Shown: positions 38,139-49,315 of the stretch, piece after piece | Layout of the letters: every line of letters starts with the position of its first letter | Numbering within the stretch: the stretch's first letter is position 1 | Source of the DNA: Felis catus | Lineage: Eukaryota | Reading direction: 5' to 3' | Assembly (NCBI RefSeq): GCF_018350175.1 | Contig: NC_058383.1 | Location: 30,568,001-30,632,000 of the forward strand | Length of the DNA: 64,000 nucleotides | Notes under the pieces: generated by a model | Told to the model about the DNA's origin: nothing | The model's database searches: none | Seen by the model: only the letters and a program-made list of their open reading frames with translations | Program-made: the position numbers and the translations under genes

Positions 38139-39591
38139 CTGAGACGAGTGTGGTCAGAGGTCCCAAGAGATAAAATCCAGTGCTGTTGGAGTGCTCTGGA
38201 CGCAGCCTTTACTTCTCCAGGACATTGGGTCCGTAAAAAAAAAACTGGGCCAGTGCTTTGGAAAGACAAAAACCAGTCGGACTCATTAGATTCAGACTTG
38301 TGTGGAGTCATTCCTTTCTGTGGGAAACAAAGCATCGTTCCGACTTTAGCACACGAAGGATTTGACTCAAACAGTGCCCAGCAGGATGAGGACGGAAACA
38401 CAAAATGAAAGCAGAGGAAGGGACAGGCGTCTGCAGTGTTTTCCAATGACTTTCCAGTTGGTCCTGAGCCTCCGCTGGCAGAGATGTTATCCAGAGACGG
38501 CCAGGAACCAAATGCAGTGACTTTTCATGGACACATGACAAATTAAAGACAAGCAGCAGTGGGAGAGGCAGGGGTTGAAGCACGTGGAATTCTGTTGTGG
38601 TTGTCATTCACTGCAAACCGATCCAATGCTAAGGCAGGGGGGGGAATAACAGAATTTGAAATCTGCCTTTTGGACTGTTGACGTTAGTAAGTTTAATCGA
38701 GAAGCAAATTGGAGACAATTCAACACGTATTGATTGAGGTTTTCCTATGGGTCAGGTCAGTTCTGGACACTTGGTTTCTTCCATTGGAGATACATATGTG
38801 CCTTGGGGAGTGTATATCCCTGTGTTGGTTCAGGATCCTTTTGGGAGCCTCCTGGGTATAACCTGAAACTGGCTCCTGTTCTCAGAGGGCGGGCAGAGGT
38901 AGGGGAAAAAAAAGGCAGACCACTCCAGGCTGGTATCTGGAAGCTTTACTTATTTTTTGGCCCAAGTTTTAATAAGCAAAGGGAACTTGCATTCAAGGCT
39001 TGCCTTGGGTGGCAAGATGAATGGCTCCCCACACCCACCTGCCAGATCTTGAAAGCTGATAAACAGACCCTCCCTGGGGTCAGTCATGTGTCCCATGCAG
39101 GTGTTGTCAATACCACAGCGCTATCTCAAGGCTGTGTTCTTGGAGCAGCCTCTGAGAGCAGGCGAGGCAAGCAGAAGTCACCTTCCAAGGACAGGGGAAC
39201 AGGTGAGGACCCTCCAGTGCCCGGGTCCGGCTCAGGGTCAACTGGCAGTCTCGTCGTTTTGTTAAGATTCCCCAACACTGCAAGGCGATCAGACTGTGCT
39301 TTCAATATGTAGTTGAGTCAAGAGGATTGGAGCTTTCAGGAGAACACTCATTCTTGCTGAGAAAGGGAAAAAAGGATTTTTCATGCCACAAAGTGAATGA
39401 TTGCAAAATATTTAAACAGCTCAGGAGGCTGGATTCGTGATAGATGAAAATGAAAATGGCAAAGAGGAAGGCCCTACAATCATGCCAGAAGACGATTATT
39501 TACGAGGGGTATTAGGCAATGCAGGGGGGATAAAAAAGAAAATAAAATGGAGGAGCAAGAGCCGAAATGAGGAAATTAAATTCGAACGTTT

Positions 39592-39795
39592 GGGGGCGCC
39601 TGGGTGGCTCAGTTGGTTAAGTGTCCGACCTCGGCTCAGGTCACGATCTCACGGTTTGTGAGTTTGATGCCCGTGTTGGGCTCTATGCTGACAGCTCAGA
39701 GCCTGGAGCCTGCTTCCGATTCTCTCTCTCTGCCCCTCCCCTCTCACTCTTGATCTCTCTCAAAAGTAAATAAACATTTCAAAATTTTAAAAAAA
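39592..39795 (+). mobile_element. Can-SINE
   Basis: Flanked by AAAT(T/C)CGAA(C/T)GTTTGG repeats. Confidence 0.92.
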
Positions 39796-39919
39796 TCCGA
39801 ATGTTTGGATGAAAAAGAATTGGAATACTTAGCATTAACCGCTTCAAAGGCCAACAACTTTATTATAGTAGTTGGGTAGTGGGTAAGTTTCATTGGCTTC
39901 CCTCGCCCGTTAATGTTCT

Positions 39920-40275
39920 GGAGCGGTGCCATCCAATAGAAATTTCTGCAGTGATGGGAACATTCCCCTTCTGTGCTCTCCAGTCTGGTGGTCCTAGCCA
40001 GGTAAAGTATGATGCCCAGGTAGATTTGGATTTCGGATAAACAACACATGGCTTTTTAGTGTAAGTGGGTGGGGACCTACTTTATCTGAAATTCAGGTTT
40101 AACTGCCCGGTACTGTATCTTTCCCCCCCCCCACCCCCTAACTCTGGTCATCCTGGTCCCATGTGGCTACTGAGCACTTGAAATGTGCCTAGTGGAACTG
40201 AAGAACTGTCATTTTGATTGTATTTAATTTTGGTTAATTTAAGTAGTCGTGTGTGGCTAGTGGCTACTGTTAACG
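39920..40275. mobile_element. MER3-like hAT element containing a degenerate MER53 (~39990-40155)
   Basis: MER3 motifs TCCAATAGAAATTTCTGCAGTGATGG and CATGTGGCTACTGAGCACTTGAAATGTG flank the palindromic ATTTCGGATAAAC...TTTATCTGAAATTCA. Confidence 0.7.
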
Positions 40276-40911
40276 GTCATGCTCAATCTGAAGAAACGGG
40301 GTATGTGACGAGTTCTGCCCGGTGGGCCTTCACTGGGGCTGGCGATACAACTCACATTCTTCATCCCCAGGCTCTAAACGTCAGGAAGCCCCGCCTCCGT
40401 GCACAAGCCCCGCCTCCGTGCCCCGTCACCCTGGGAAGTCTAATCCGAGAGGATAACAGCCACAAGCTATTTATTGAGCAATTATTATGTGTGGTGAGAC
40501 GTACATTAAATATGCTACGTCACCGAATCCTGCCAACCACTCTGTAGGTAAACATGATAACGCTCACTGTGCAGGTGAGGGAAACGTAGCTCAGAGAGGT
40601 TAAGTGACTTGCCTAAGGTCACAGAGCTGGTAAGTAGAAGGAGCTTGAATTCAGATCATGTCACTGAATAGCCTAAATGATTGCATCCAAAGGGGCACGT
40701 TTACAAAGACTTAAGAAACTCTTAAAACCAGGTGGTAGGCAGTAAGGAGACCCAGCACCTAACAAACCTGGAAATTGGCCCTGAGAGGCAGAAAGAGGGT
40801 GAAGAGAGGGGATGTGGGCTTTGCTGGTTTGGTAAATGGCAGGGTGACTCAGGCACAATTCCTTGGCTTCCTCGAGACTCCCTAGTCCCAATTTTAAAAC
40901 GAGGTGAAACT

Positions 40912-41078
40912 TGGGACGCCTGGGTGGCTCAGTCAGTTAAGCTTCTGACTACAGCTCAGGTTATGATCTTGCGGTTCATGAGTTCGAGCCCTGCGTCAGG
41001 CTCTGTGGTGACAGCCTAGAGCCTGGAGCCTGCTTCATAGTCTATATCTACCCCCCCCCCCCGCCTCTCCCCTGCTTG

Positions 41079-41118
<40 letters not shown>

Positions 41119-41145
41119 AATAAAACATTAAAAAAATTTTTAAAT
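40912..41145 (+). mobile_element. Can-SINE
   Basis: Head, CT tract and tail; flanked by GAGGTG(A/T)AACTT. Confidence 0.9.
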
Positions 41146-41845
41146 GAGGTGTAACTTTATTTTGTTTGAGGGATAATAGAGAAAATGTGTGTAAGGGCTT
41201 GGCAGACACTCATGAAAGATAATTATACACAGCATCATGCATAACAGTTACATTTTGTTTCTAATAATGAAAACACAATCTGTAAGCTATGCAGCTCACC
41301 CAAGAGATTGCAACGATGTCTAAAAGGTCTCAAGGACATGATTTAACTGTGACATGGGAGAACATGAGCACGCCTGAAACATTTCTGAAATCCTCTAATG
41401 CCTTGGGAAGGGGGAGATTATGGAGGTCCTGTTAATACCAAGCCTATGGCAATATCGGTGAAGTCAATAAATTAAAAATAAAAAACCCAAACCACTGACT
41501 TTTGGGGTCTGAAGTACTCATGCCATGTTGACCTGGTCCAAGTTACTTATTTTCAGTTCTTAAAAGACAATCAAATGTAAAAAACTGACATCCCCCCTGG
41601 ACTGCCCTTTTCCTTGACCCCATCCCTGGTCCATCATTCCTGAGTCCCAGCTGAAGGGTCAGGAGTGGGTAAAGGTGAGAGGCATCTGACGCCCACGTTG
41701 CTGAGTCATTATATTGTGTCTCAGGTTTCCATGTATCAAAAATGGTGCATCAGGATAGTATCCTTCCTTCTAGGATGATGATACCAACCTGAATTAAAGC
41801 CTCACTCTGGGACTTCAACACTTCCAAAAAAGGCCTCTGACAAGC

Positions 41846-42268
41846 TGTGTGAGTCAGGGTTCTCTGGAGGAACAGAAGCAAAGATGTGTGGATATATAGA
41901 AAGAGATTTATTTTAAGGAATTGGCTCACACAGTTATGGAGGCCAAAATCTGCAAGGTGAGCCGGCAAGCTGGAGAGCCAGGAAGAGCCATGCCACAGTT
42001 GAAATCCAAAGGCCATCTGCTAGCTGACTACCTTCATGCTTGAGGAATCATTCATTTGTTCTATTCAGATCTTCAACTGATTAGACAAGGCCCACCCACA
42101 TTATGGAGCCCAACGTGCATTCCTCAAAGTCCACTGATTTAAATGTAAATCTTACCTAAAGAAGAGTAAAAAAAAAAAAAAACAAAAAACAACAAACAAA
42201 CAAAAAAAAACCCAACCGTACAGAATAAGGTTTGGGGGCCAGCCAATGTGACATAACACTGTCACACA
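41846..42268 (-). mobile_element. MLT2 (C-like) ERVL LTR
   Basis: AGTCAGGGTTCTCTGGAG...GAGATTTATTTTAAGGAATTGGCTCAC...TCAAAGTCCACTGATTTAAATGT. Confidence 0.8.
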
Positions 42269-43828
42269 GTCCAACCAGGAATGACTACATCCATTAAGGT
42301 CAAGCCCGAGCACTTTTCTCTAAATGAGGCACTGAGTTCTGATGCAAGCCTACCGGCTCAAATCTGTAAACCAGTCCGGCTCTGAATCCTAACAACCTTT
42401 GTCATCTGGATTCGCACACCTGGGCAGACAAGAGAAGGAGGTAGAGTGAGGACTTGGCTACCGGCAGATTCCAGAAACAGTGAGAAGTGACAGCTCACAG
42501 CCTGACAGTGAGGAGGAGACTGAGGATCTTTAAAAAGTGGATGGAAGAACTATAAAAGCTCAGCAGCCTCGGGCCTTTGAGTGTTAAGGCAAATTGTTCT
42601 CCTTACTTCATGGAGGGAGGCTATGATGGAGCAGTTTTTAAAGGGTGGGAAGGAGGCATGGTAGTCACTAGCTGATATGCTCTCCCTCCCCTCACTCCCA
42701 CCCCTCACTTGTGCCTGGGGAGTCCAGTGCATTCTCTGCTGGCGCTTAAAAACAATTAGCCACTCCACCTTTATCAGGGCAATAGGTGTGTCCAGATCTC
42801 ATCTGAAGAGAATTATGCTCTTAGGCAGGTGGTTTGAGTGACATTGATACGACTCCTTCTCCATAAGGATGGCCCTTATGCCTTCAGTCATTCTAAACCT
42901 GCCATTTATCTTCTGACTTTCAGAAAGGAATACATATTCCCACCGGCACTGCAGCGATGCAAAGGGATGTTTCCTGGGGGCTTCTGAGAAAAAGAGATTT
43001 TTCTTCTCCCTACATGTGTCTCATGAGAGTGTGGTCTGGAACTGTTGTAACCATTATGCTCCTGTGAAGGGGGAGCCTGGAACTTTCAAGGGATGGGAAA
43101 GAGTTCTCTGCATGGGGACTGCAGATAAAGCCAAAATTACAAAAGGCAGAGAGGGTAAGTGGAGAGAAGTTGGATTCTTATAACAGCATATGAGCAGCTT
43201 GATCAAACCTCATCTGAAGCTGCTGTAGGGTTTTTATTTATATATGCCAGTGGATTTCTTTTCTGATTAAGCCAATTTGAACTGACTTTTGGTTATTTGC
43301 TAAGACATGGCACCTGACTGATATAAGAGGTGACTCCTGAATGCCCAGTCCTGAAAGAGAATTTTGACTAGAACAGAATGAGTTGAAGGGTAGTCTAACA
43401 ACAACAATAACAATATCGACTCAGAAAAAGAATGTATGAAGCACCTAGTATGTTCCAGAAACTGCCCAGAGCTGCATTGACTTCTCACAAATGCATATGA
43501 GGTTGGTGCTATGATTATAATTTTAAATGCAGATGCTGAAGCTCAGAAGCATTACATGACTTGCTCAAGGTTGCAGAGCCAGGAAGTGGACTGGACAGGT
43601 CCAGCAGAATAAGTCCTGCTGCTCAGGAATATGCTCTTCTCTTGCTGCCTCTCTGCCTCCTCTCACCTGCCAGGCAGACAGCTGAACAGAGGAGGGTATG
43701 AGCTGGAGGAGCATGGTCAGAAGAGAGTAGAACCCCTCACCTGTATAGTGATTAGGAGAGGACTGGACAGGCAATGAGCTAAGAGGCTACTGGGACTCAA
43801 CGGTGGGCAGGTTTAGTTGTAACCATTA

Positions 43829-44040
43829 TTCTTTTTTTTTTTTTAATGTTTATTTATTTTTGAGAGACAGAGCACGAGCAGGGGAGGAGCAGAGAGAGAG
43901 GAAGACATGGAATCAAAAGCAGCTTCCAGACTCCACGCTGTCAGCACAGGGCCTGACGCGGGGCTCGAACTCACAGACCATGAGATCATGACTTGAGCTG
44001 AAGTCAGATGCTTAACCCACTGAGCCACCCTGGTGACCCT
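43829..44040 (-). mobile_element. Can-SINE
   Basis: TSD TAGTTGTA(A/G)CCATTA. Confidence 0.92.
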
Positions 44041-44933
44041 AGTTGTAGCCATTACCCTTATCTGGCGTGACGATGTAGTTCTGAGGTCACTCATCACTAC
44101 CAACAGAGCTACGCCCAACCACTGCCCAGGTTCAAGTCAGGGTTATGTTGCCAAGATATTTATAATCCATTTATTCATGCAGCCACCATCAGAGTGTCTA
44201 TGCCTCAAGAACACCCCCGCTTGGTGAGCTAGACTGTCAAGGTAGCCACCCTGGTGGACCTTAACAGTCGAGCTGGGGAAGACGTCAGGGAACAAATAAT
44301 TACACCTGAAACAAAACATTACATTGGCAAATAATGACCACGCGTGGTGATAGCACCCACTATGACAAGGGCTAGGAGAGAAAATAACGGAAGGTACTAA
44401 AAAGAACGAGAGAGACCTGGTTTAGATAGGAAGAGTGTGTGCATGCGTGGGGGTAAGGCTTCTTCTTGGAAGTGTGATTTAAGCAGAGGCCTTGATGTTT
44501 AAATGGACACATGCCTTCTAAGCGGAAGGAATTGCATGTGCCAAAAAAGGAACTGGTTTTGCATGTGTAAGGAACTGAAACAGGACCCTTAGTGGATGAG
44601 GGGTAGGCAAGGGCTGGAACTTGCAGGGCCTTGAGGCCACCATTGGGACTTTTAATTTGCATCTAGTCATAACCTCTTGCATGCTTCCTGAAAATCCTCC
44701 GCTGGGCCAGACTGTATGCAGGCAGTAGGGACATGGCGATTAATAATAATGATTATGATAATGCCTAACATACATCGAGTACTTACCATTTGCTATTAAA
44801 ACTTTTGTCCGAGATTGGAGGAAAAGTTGTCCCGGTCAGTTTTGTGACCCAAAGGGTGCTTCCGATGTAGGCAGATAGTTAAGAGAATTTCCCAAACTTG
44901 GCAGATGAAAAGAACTCCTTAGGTGATATGATA

Positions 44934-45399
44934 TGTTGGGGTCCAGGAGTGAACAGTCAATAAAGAATTCTTGAGACAAAGCTTTGGTGCAAAAAAGGAG
45001 GTTTTATTAAAGCACTGGGCCAGGACTCATGGGCAGAAAGAGCTGCACTGGGGTTGTGAGGGGTGACTGTTAATATACTTTCAAGTTGGGAGGGGTTTAG
45101 GGATAGCCTAAGTCTCTAAGTAATTTGGCAGAAAGGCTTCCAGGACGTTGAGTGGCTAGCTGCTGTTAAGATAAGGTCATTTACTACTGTCTAGTGAAAC
45201 CTTAGTCATGAGACCCTTCACACGTATGTCAGTGGGTCATATGCTTGGAGGATGATTGCTAACATATAGCTTGCGGGGGATGGGGCGCGGGTAGAGATAA
45301 AAGAAGGTCGCTCTGCCTGTCCCAAGGACTTGTCAGTGGGCTGCAAGTTGCAGGGAGATTTAAGTTTTTTCTCCATTTCTTTTGCCTTTGTTCTCCACA
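44934..45399 (-). mobile_element. Probable solo ERV LTR (~470 bp) ~1 kb upstream of the CPPED1 ATG
   Basis: The minus strand reads TGTGGAGAAC...CCCCAACA, with TATA-like AAGTATATTAA (~45070-45080) followed by AATAAA (~45003-45008). It splits a MER5-like element. No clean TSD found. Confidence 0.6.
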
Positions 45400-45863
45400 C
45401 TGTCAGGGAGTTAAAAACCCTTCTCTTAGAGATTTGGATTCAGTAGGTGGAAATTCTCCTGGAATGTGTTTACAGCAACTTCCACAAACACTGGCTTAAA
45501 GTATTTAGTGCAAAGGCCTTTTCTTTTTGTTTGTTTGTTTGTTTGTTTTTTGTTTTTTTTTTTGCTTTTGCTGGACGGATCCTATTTTGAATCGGAGGCA
45601 GCTCCACTACTTTTCCAGATGTGTCACCTTGTGCAAACTGTTCCACTTCTCTGAGCATCAGTTTCCCCTTCCAACAAGCGCAGCTAAAGGCGGCACCATC
45701 TCCTGGCGCTGGTGCTCAGATTAAATAAGCGATGATGACATTCACAGGATGATAGTGAAGACGACATGGAACCTGGAATGTCTCATGATCAGGTGTCCTA
45801 GATCACAGTTGGTGGCTTGAAGGACTGTCCTGAAACGGGGCCCACCTCCTCCGGCCTCAAGCT

Positions 45864-46041
45864 AGGGTTGCGGGATAAAATACAGGAGCACAGATAACTG
45901 GAATTTCAGATAAACCACGAAAAAATGTGAGTGTAAGTATCTCCCAAATATTGCATGGGATATACTTATACTGAACAATCATTCGTTGTTTGCCTGAAAT
46001 CCCAACTAACTGGACGCCCTGTACTTTCATTTGCGAAACCG
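45864..46041. mobile_element. MER53 (palindromic hAT MITE), essentially full length
   Basis: AGGGTTGC.GGATAAAATACAGGA...GAATTTCAGATAAAC...TAAGTATCTCCCAAATATTGCATGGGATATACTTATACT...ATTCGTTGTTT.CCTGAAAT...CTGGACGCCCTGTA. Confidence 0.85.
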
Positions 46042-46049
46042 AGCAATGT

Positions 46050-47030
46050 TTAGACAAAGGAAGGACCCCTTCCCCTCTCCCACTCCCCGCCCCACTGCCT
46101 CCTGCCAGAGCCCAGGAGCACCCCCTCTGCGCATGCACGCAGGCCTCAGTCTAGGCGCCCCCACTCGCCAGGCGCCCCAGTCGATCCCAGAGGGGCCGCT
46201 CACGCTTCCGCCCCGCTCAGGCAGCACTAGCGGCGCCCCGAGCGGCGGAGCCCCGCGCAACCGCCCTCCTGCCCCGCACTGAGCAAAGGGCGCCGCCCCC
46301 AGCGGGGCACCACGGGCCCGGTGGTTGGGCTGTGCCGTGCCGTGCCGTGCCGCTGCCTCCCACCCTGGGTACTCAGGGGAAGCCGGAAACTCGCTCGCCA
46401 TGTCGGCTGCGGAGGCGGGGGGTGTTTTCCGCAGAGCCCGGGGCAGGACCCTGGACGCGTTTCCCTCAGGTACTGCCGGCCTTTCGCCCGGGGAGGGGAT
46501 GACTTCAAGGCTGCGGAACCTTGCGTCTGGGGAACCGTCGGTTTGGGCGCGCGCGCGCCTCCAGCCGGACCGCTTCGGGGGCTGCACCCGGGGGCTGGGG
46601 AACCGCAGTAGCGGCCTCACCGCCCGCCCTCGGGGCTTCGAGGGGCGCTGTTGAGAGACGGGTGTCCGGGCGCTGGGGCCTCCGCTGGCCTTGACCTGAC
46701 TTCCCTGAGAGAGGAGCAGATGGAGTAAAGCGGCAAAGCGTGCTTCGCAGGAGCGGGGGGTTTCAGTCCTGCCTCGCCCACGTTACTCCGCAAGCCTTGG
46801 CCTCAGTTTCCCCACCTGCAAGCCGGGAATCGTAACCATGATCTTGCGCGTGGCGCTCATAGGCGCCCGGTGCGTGTCAGATGCGGTTATTTTCATTGTG
46901 GTGGTTCGCCACGGTGCATTTTATACTCCACGATCCCGGTTTCTTCCTGCAATAGGCGTCATCCACCAGATTGTGTATAGCGCCCGCCCATCGCAAAGCG
47001 GGAGTGCAGCCCGGCGACGTGTCAAATTAA
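46050..47030 (+). promoter_or_regulatory. CpG island / TATA-less promoter of CPPED1
   Basis: GC and CpG content rise sharply relative to the flanks. Motifs: GC box CCCCGCCCC 46085-46093, NRF1-like TGCGCATGCA 46128-46137, and ETS/GABP-like CCGGAA 46383-46388 just before the ATG. No Can-SINE is seen between ~44040 and ~51988. Confidence 0.85.
46400..46469 (+). CDS. CPPED1: CPPED1 coding exon 1 (calcineurin-like phosphoesterase domain-containing protein 1, Ser/Thr phosphatase); 70 coding nt, gene continues beyond the window
   Basis: The ATG in gccATGt context at 46400 translates as MSAAEAGGVFRRARGRTLDAFPS, which matches the human CPPED1 N-terminus as I recall it (MSAAEAGGVFHRARGRTLAAFPAEKESEWKGPF...). 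Similarity ends at the CAG|GTACTG donor (GT 46470-46471, phase 1). The exon lies inside a CpG island. Confidence 0.93.
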
Positions 47031-48989
47031 GTGCTTGGAGTTTGGATTTAGATAATCACTCTCGTTGTAAAAATGGATTACGAAAAACAAACTTTATGGG
47101 GAAGCGTTAACAAGTTGAAAGTATTTTTATAACTCAGTGCCCGACACAGCCTAGGTGCTAAGTGAATGTGAGCCCTGGAGGCATAAGGCAAGGGGGAGGT
47201 TTGTTCCTGGTGTCTTGGTCCTCTCTGGCTTTTTGCGGCCCCGCAGTCAAGAATCCCTCCCACAGCGCTCACCAGTTTTGTAACCCTGGGGACGTCACCC
47301 CAGATGCCCTGCATGATCTAGCCTGTGCTCCCCTGCCTTGATTCGTGCTTGTCGTGTGGCCTTTTGCCGGCTTCTCCTGCCTCACTCGTCTTCTTGAAGG
47401 CCTTTCTGTCCTCCGCTCCCATAGCTGATGAATAGCCAGGCCGCTGGGCCTGGTCTGTTCTCAGCCTTCAGACCCTGTTTTAAAATTCAGTCACTTCCTC
47501 TAGTCAGATTTTTTCCCCTGGCCACCCTACGTAAAGTAGGTTCCTGCTGAAGTTCTCTGTCCTAAGACCTTGTTCTTTTCTTTCCTTGCAGCTCTTGGTG
47601 GGGAGTGGCAAGGTTCTGGAAGGGTGGGTGGGGCCAGAGATAGAAGTTTGGTGGATTTGGGGAAAATACAATCTGCTATAGTGCCCATTCTCTAAATATT
47701 TTAATATACCTTTTTCCGCCCAGCTTGAGGGTTTTGAGATTTATCTGTTTTCATAGAAGTAGCTCCAGTTCACTCGTTTTCTTCCTGGGCAGTATTCCAA
47801 TGGATTTATTGCCTATTTTATCCATTCTGCTGCTGGGCATTTGTGGAGTGTCTTCCCTGAGGCAGGGGTGTGCTCTCTGCAGAAGGAGGAGTACGGATGG
47901 CAGGGCCACAAAGGGAGGAAAAGACCGCTGTGTATCACGGGTCGAACAAGTGTGAAAGTTTGTGGCTTGGCCCGGTGGGGAAAGGGAAGGATGGGGGTGG
48001 GGATGTGGTGGTCCGTGAGGCTGGAGGATGGGTGGTGAGTAATTGAGGAGTTTTGTCTTTACCTAACAGCGCGTCAACGAGGTTTCAGCTGCATGTGTGA
48101 GGAAACAAGGACGCGTGATCAGATTTCCATTTTGGAAAGAAGGGTCTGGAAACAATTTGTGTTTGTGAGGAACTTGGGGCGCAATCTGATTGCAAGCTGG
48201 AGCCCAAGAACTCGTCTCGCAGCAGCATTTCCGTAGCACCACGTTGCTCACTTTGGATTTATTGTGGTAGCTGGAGGTGCATGTGATGGGGGTGGATTTC
48301 TGACGGAGATTTTGGGGATACTCAGATGTCAAAGCTGACTGACCCACTGGTGTTGCCATAGGGGGTACGGAGAACAAGAGACTCGTTGAGCTGGACAAGA
48401 ATGGGGAGGTGGGGAGAGAAAGCCTTAGAAGAGAAAATGACGGGATACTTACCTTGCTGAGGTAGGAAGAAGGAGAATGACCCTGGGCTTCCCTTAGCAC
48501 CAGTGGGCATGCTCAGTGTGGGCCATTTAGCGCAGGGCTTTCAGAGGCCTGGCCTTGGAGGGTTGGGCTTGGAACGCCCAGTCTTCTGGGTTCACTTCAC
48601 TGGGTGCTGGACCCCTAGTCCACCCCCAAAGTGCCTCCATTGCTTTTACTGAGTTTTCCTCAAGTCCTCATTTCCTGCTAGCATTGCTGGCAACTTCGAG
48701 AGATGCTTTTCGTGGGTCCCGTGCCATTCCAGACTCTGTGGGAATATAGAGCCTCAAGCTGGTAGGGTTGCTCCAGAGGCAGGCTGGGAGGAGAAAGGGA
48801 AGGAACTGGCTTTTCCCGGTCTCTTGCCAAAATATACCCTCCCTGTGAAAGAAGTTTGGTTGACTCGAGCCACGCTGCCTGAAATCGCAGCCCTGATCAG
48901 CCTCATACTCGCTCCTCGAAGTCCCCTCCAGCATTAGCTAAACAGTTTATTTCTCTAGTGGAACCTGGCAGGTAAGCGAAAGAGTGCCG

Positions 48990-49315
48990 GCTGAGTCCAT
49001 TCAGGCTGTCATCACAAAGCCCGTAGACTAGGCGGCTGGTCAGCAACAGACACTTACTCCCCACGGTTCTGGAGGCTGGAAGTCCAGAGATCAGAATCCG
49101 AGTGTGGGGGCCAACCACCCAGTTCCTAGACCGTCTTCTTGTGCCCTCACATGGTGGAAGTGGGGAAGGAGCACTCCGGGGTCTCTTTCAGAAGGCATTC
49201 ATCTCATCGCGGTGACCTCCTGGCTCCCTAAGGTGACCTGTGGCTCCCCACCTCCGCGTATCATCACATTGGGGTTTAGGATTCAAGAGAAGAATCAGGG
49301 GGAACCACAGACGAA
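48990..49315 (-). mobile_element. MLT1A-like MaLR LTR
   Basis: AGTCCATTCAGGCTG...GGTTCTGGAGGCTGGAAGTCCA.GATCA...ATCATCACATTGGGG.TTAGGATTCAA. Confidence 0.75.

Noticed and set aside
38734..39312. 192-aa ORF (also 54374-54910, 25294-25773 and 58613-59062)
   Set aside because: No recognisable homology or exon structure, mostly non-ATG starts, and several overlap L1, L2 or MER repeats.
46027..46620. 197-aa antisense ORF across the CpG island
   Set aside because: GTG start, Pro/Ala/Gly/Arg-rich and no recognisable domain; long stop-free frames are expected in very GC-rich DNA.
46325..46654. 109-aa ORF as a single-exon gene
   Set aside because: Only residues 26-48 match CPPED1. The rest is read-through into intron 1 past the GT donor, plus a TTG-started leader.
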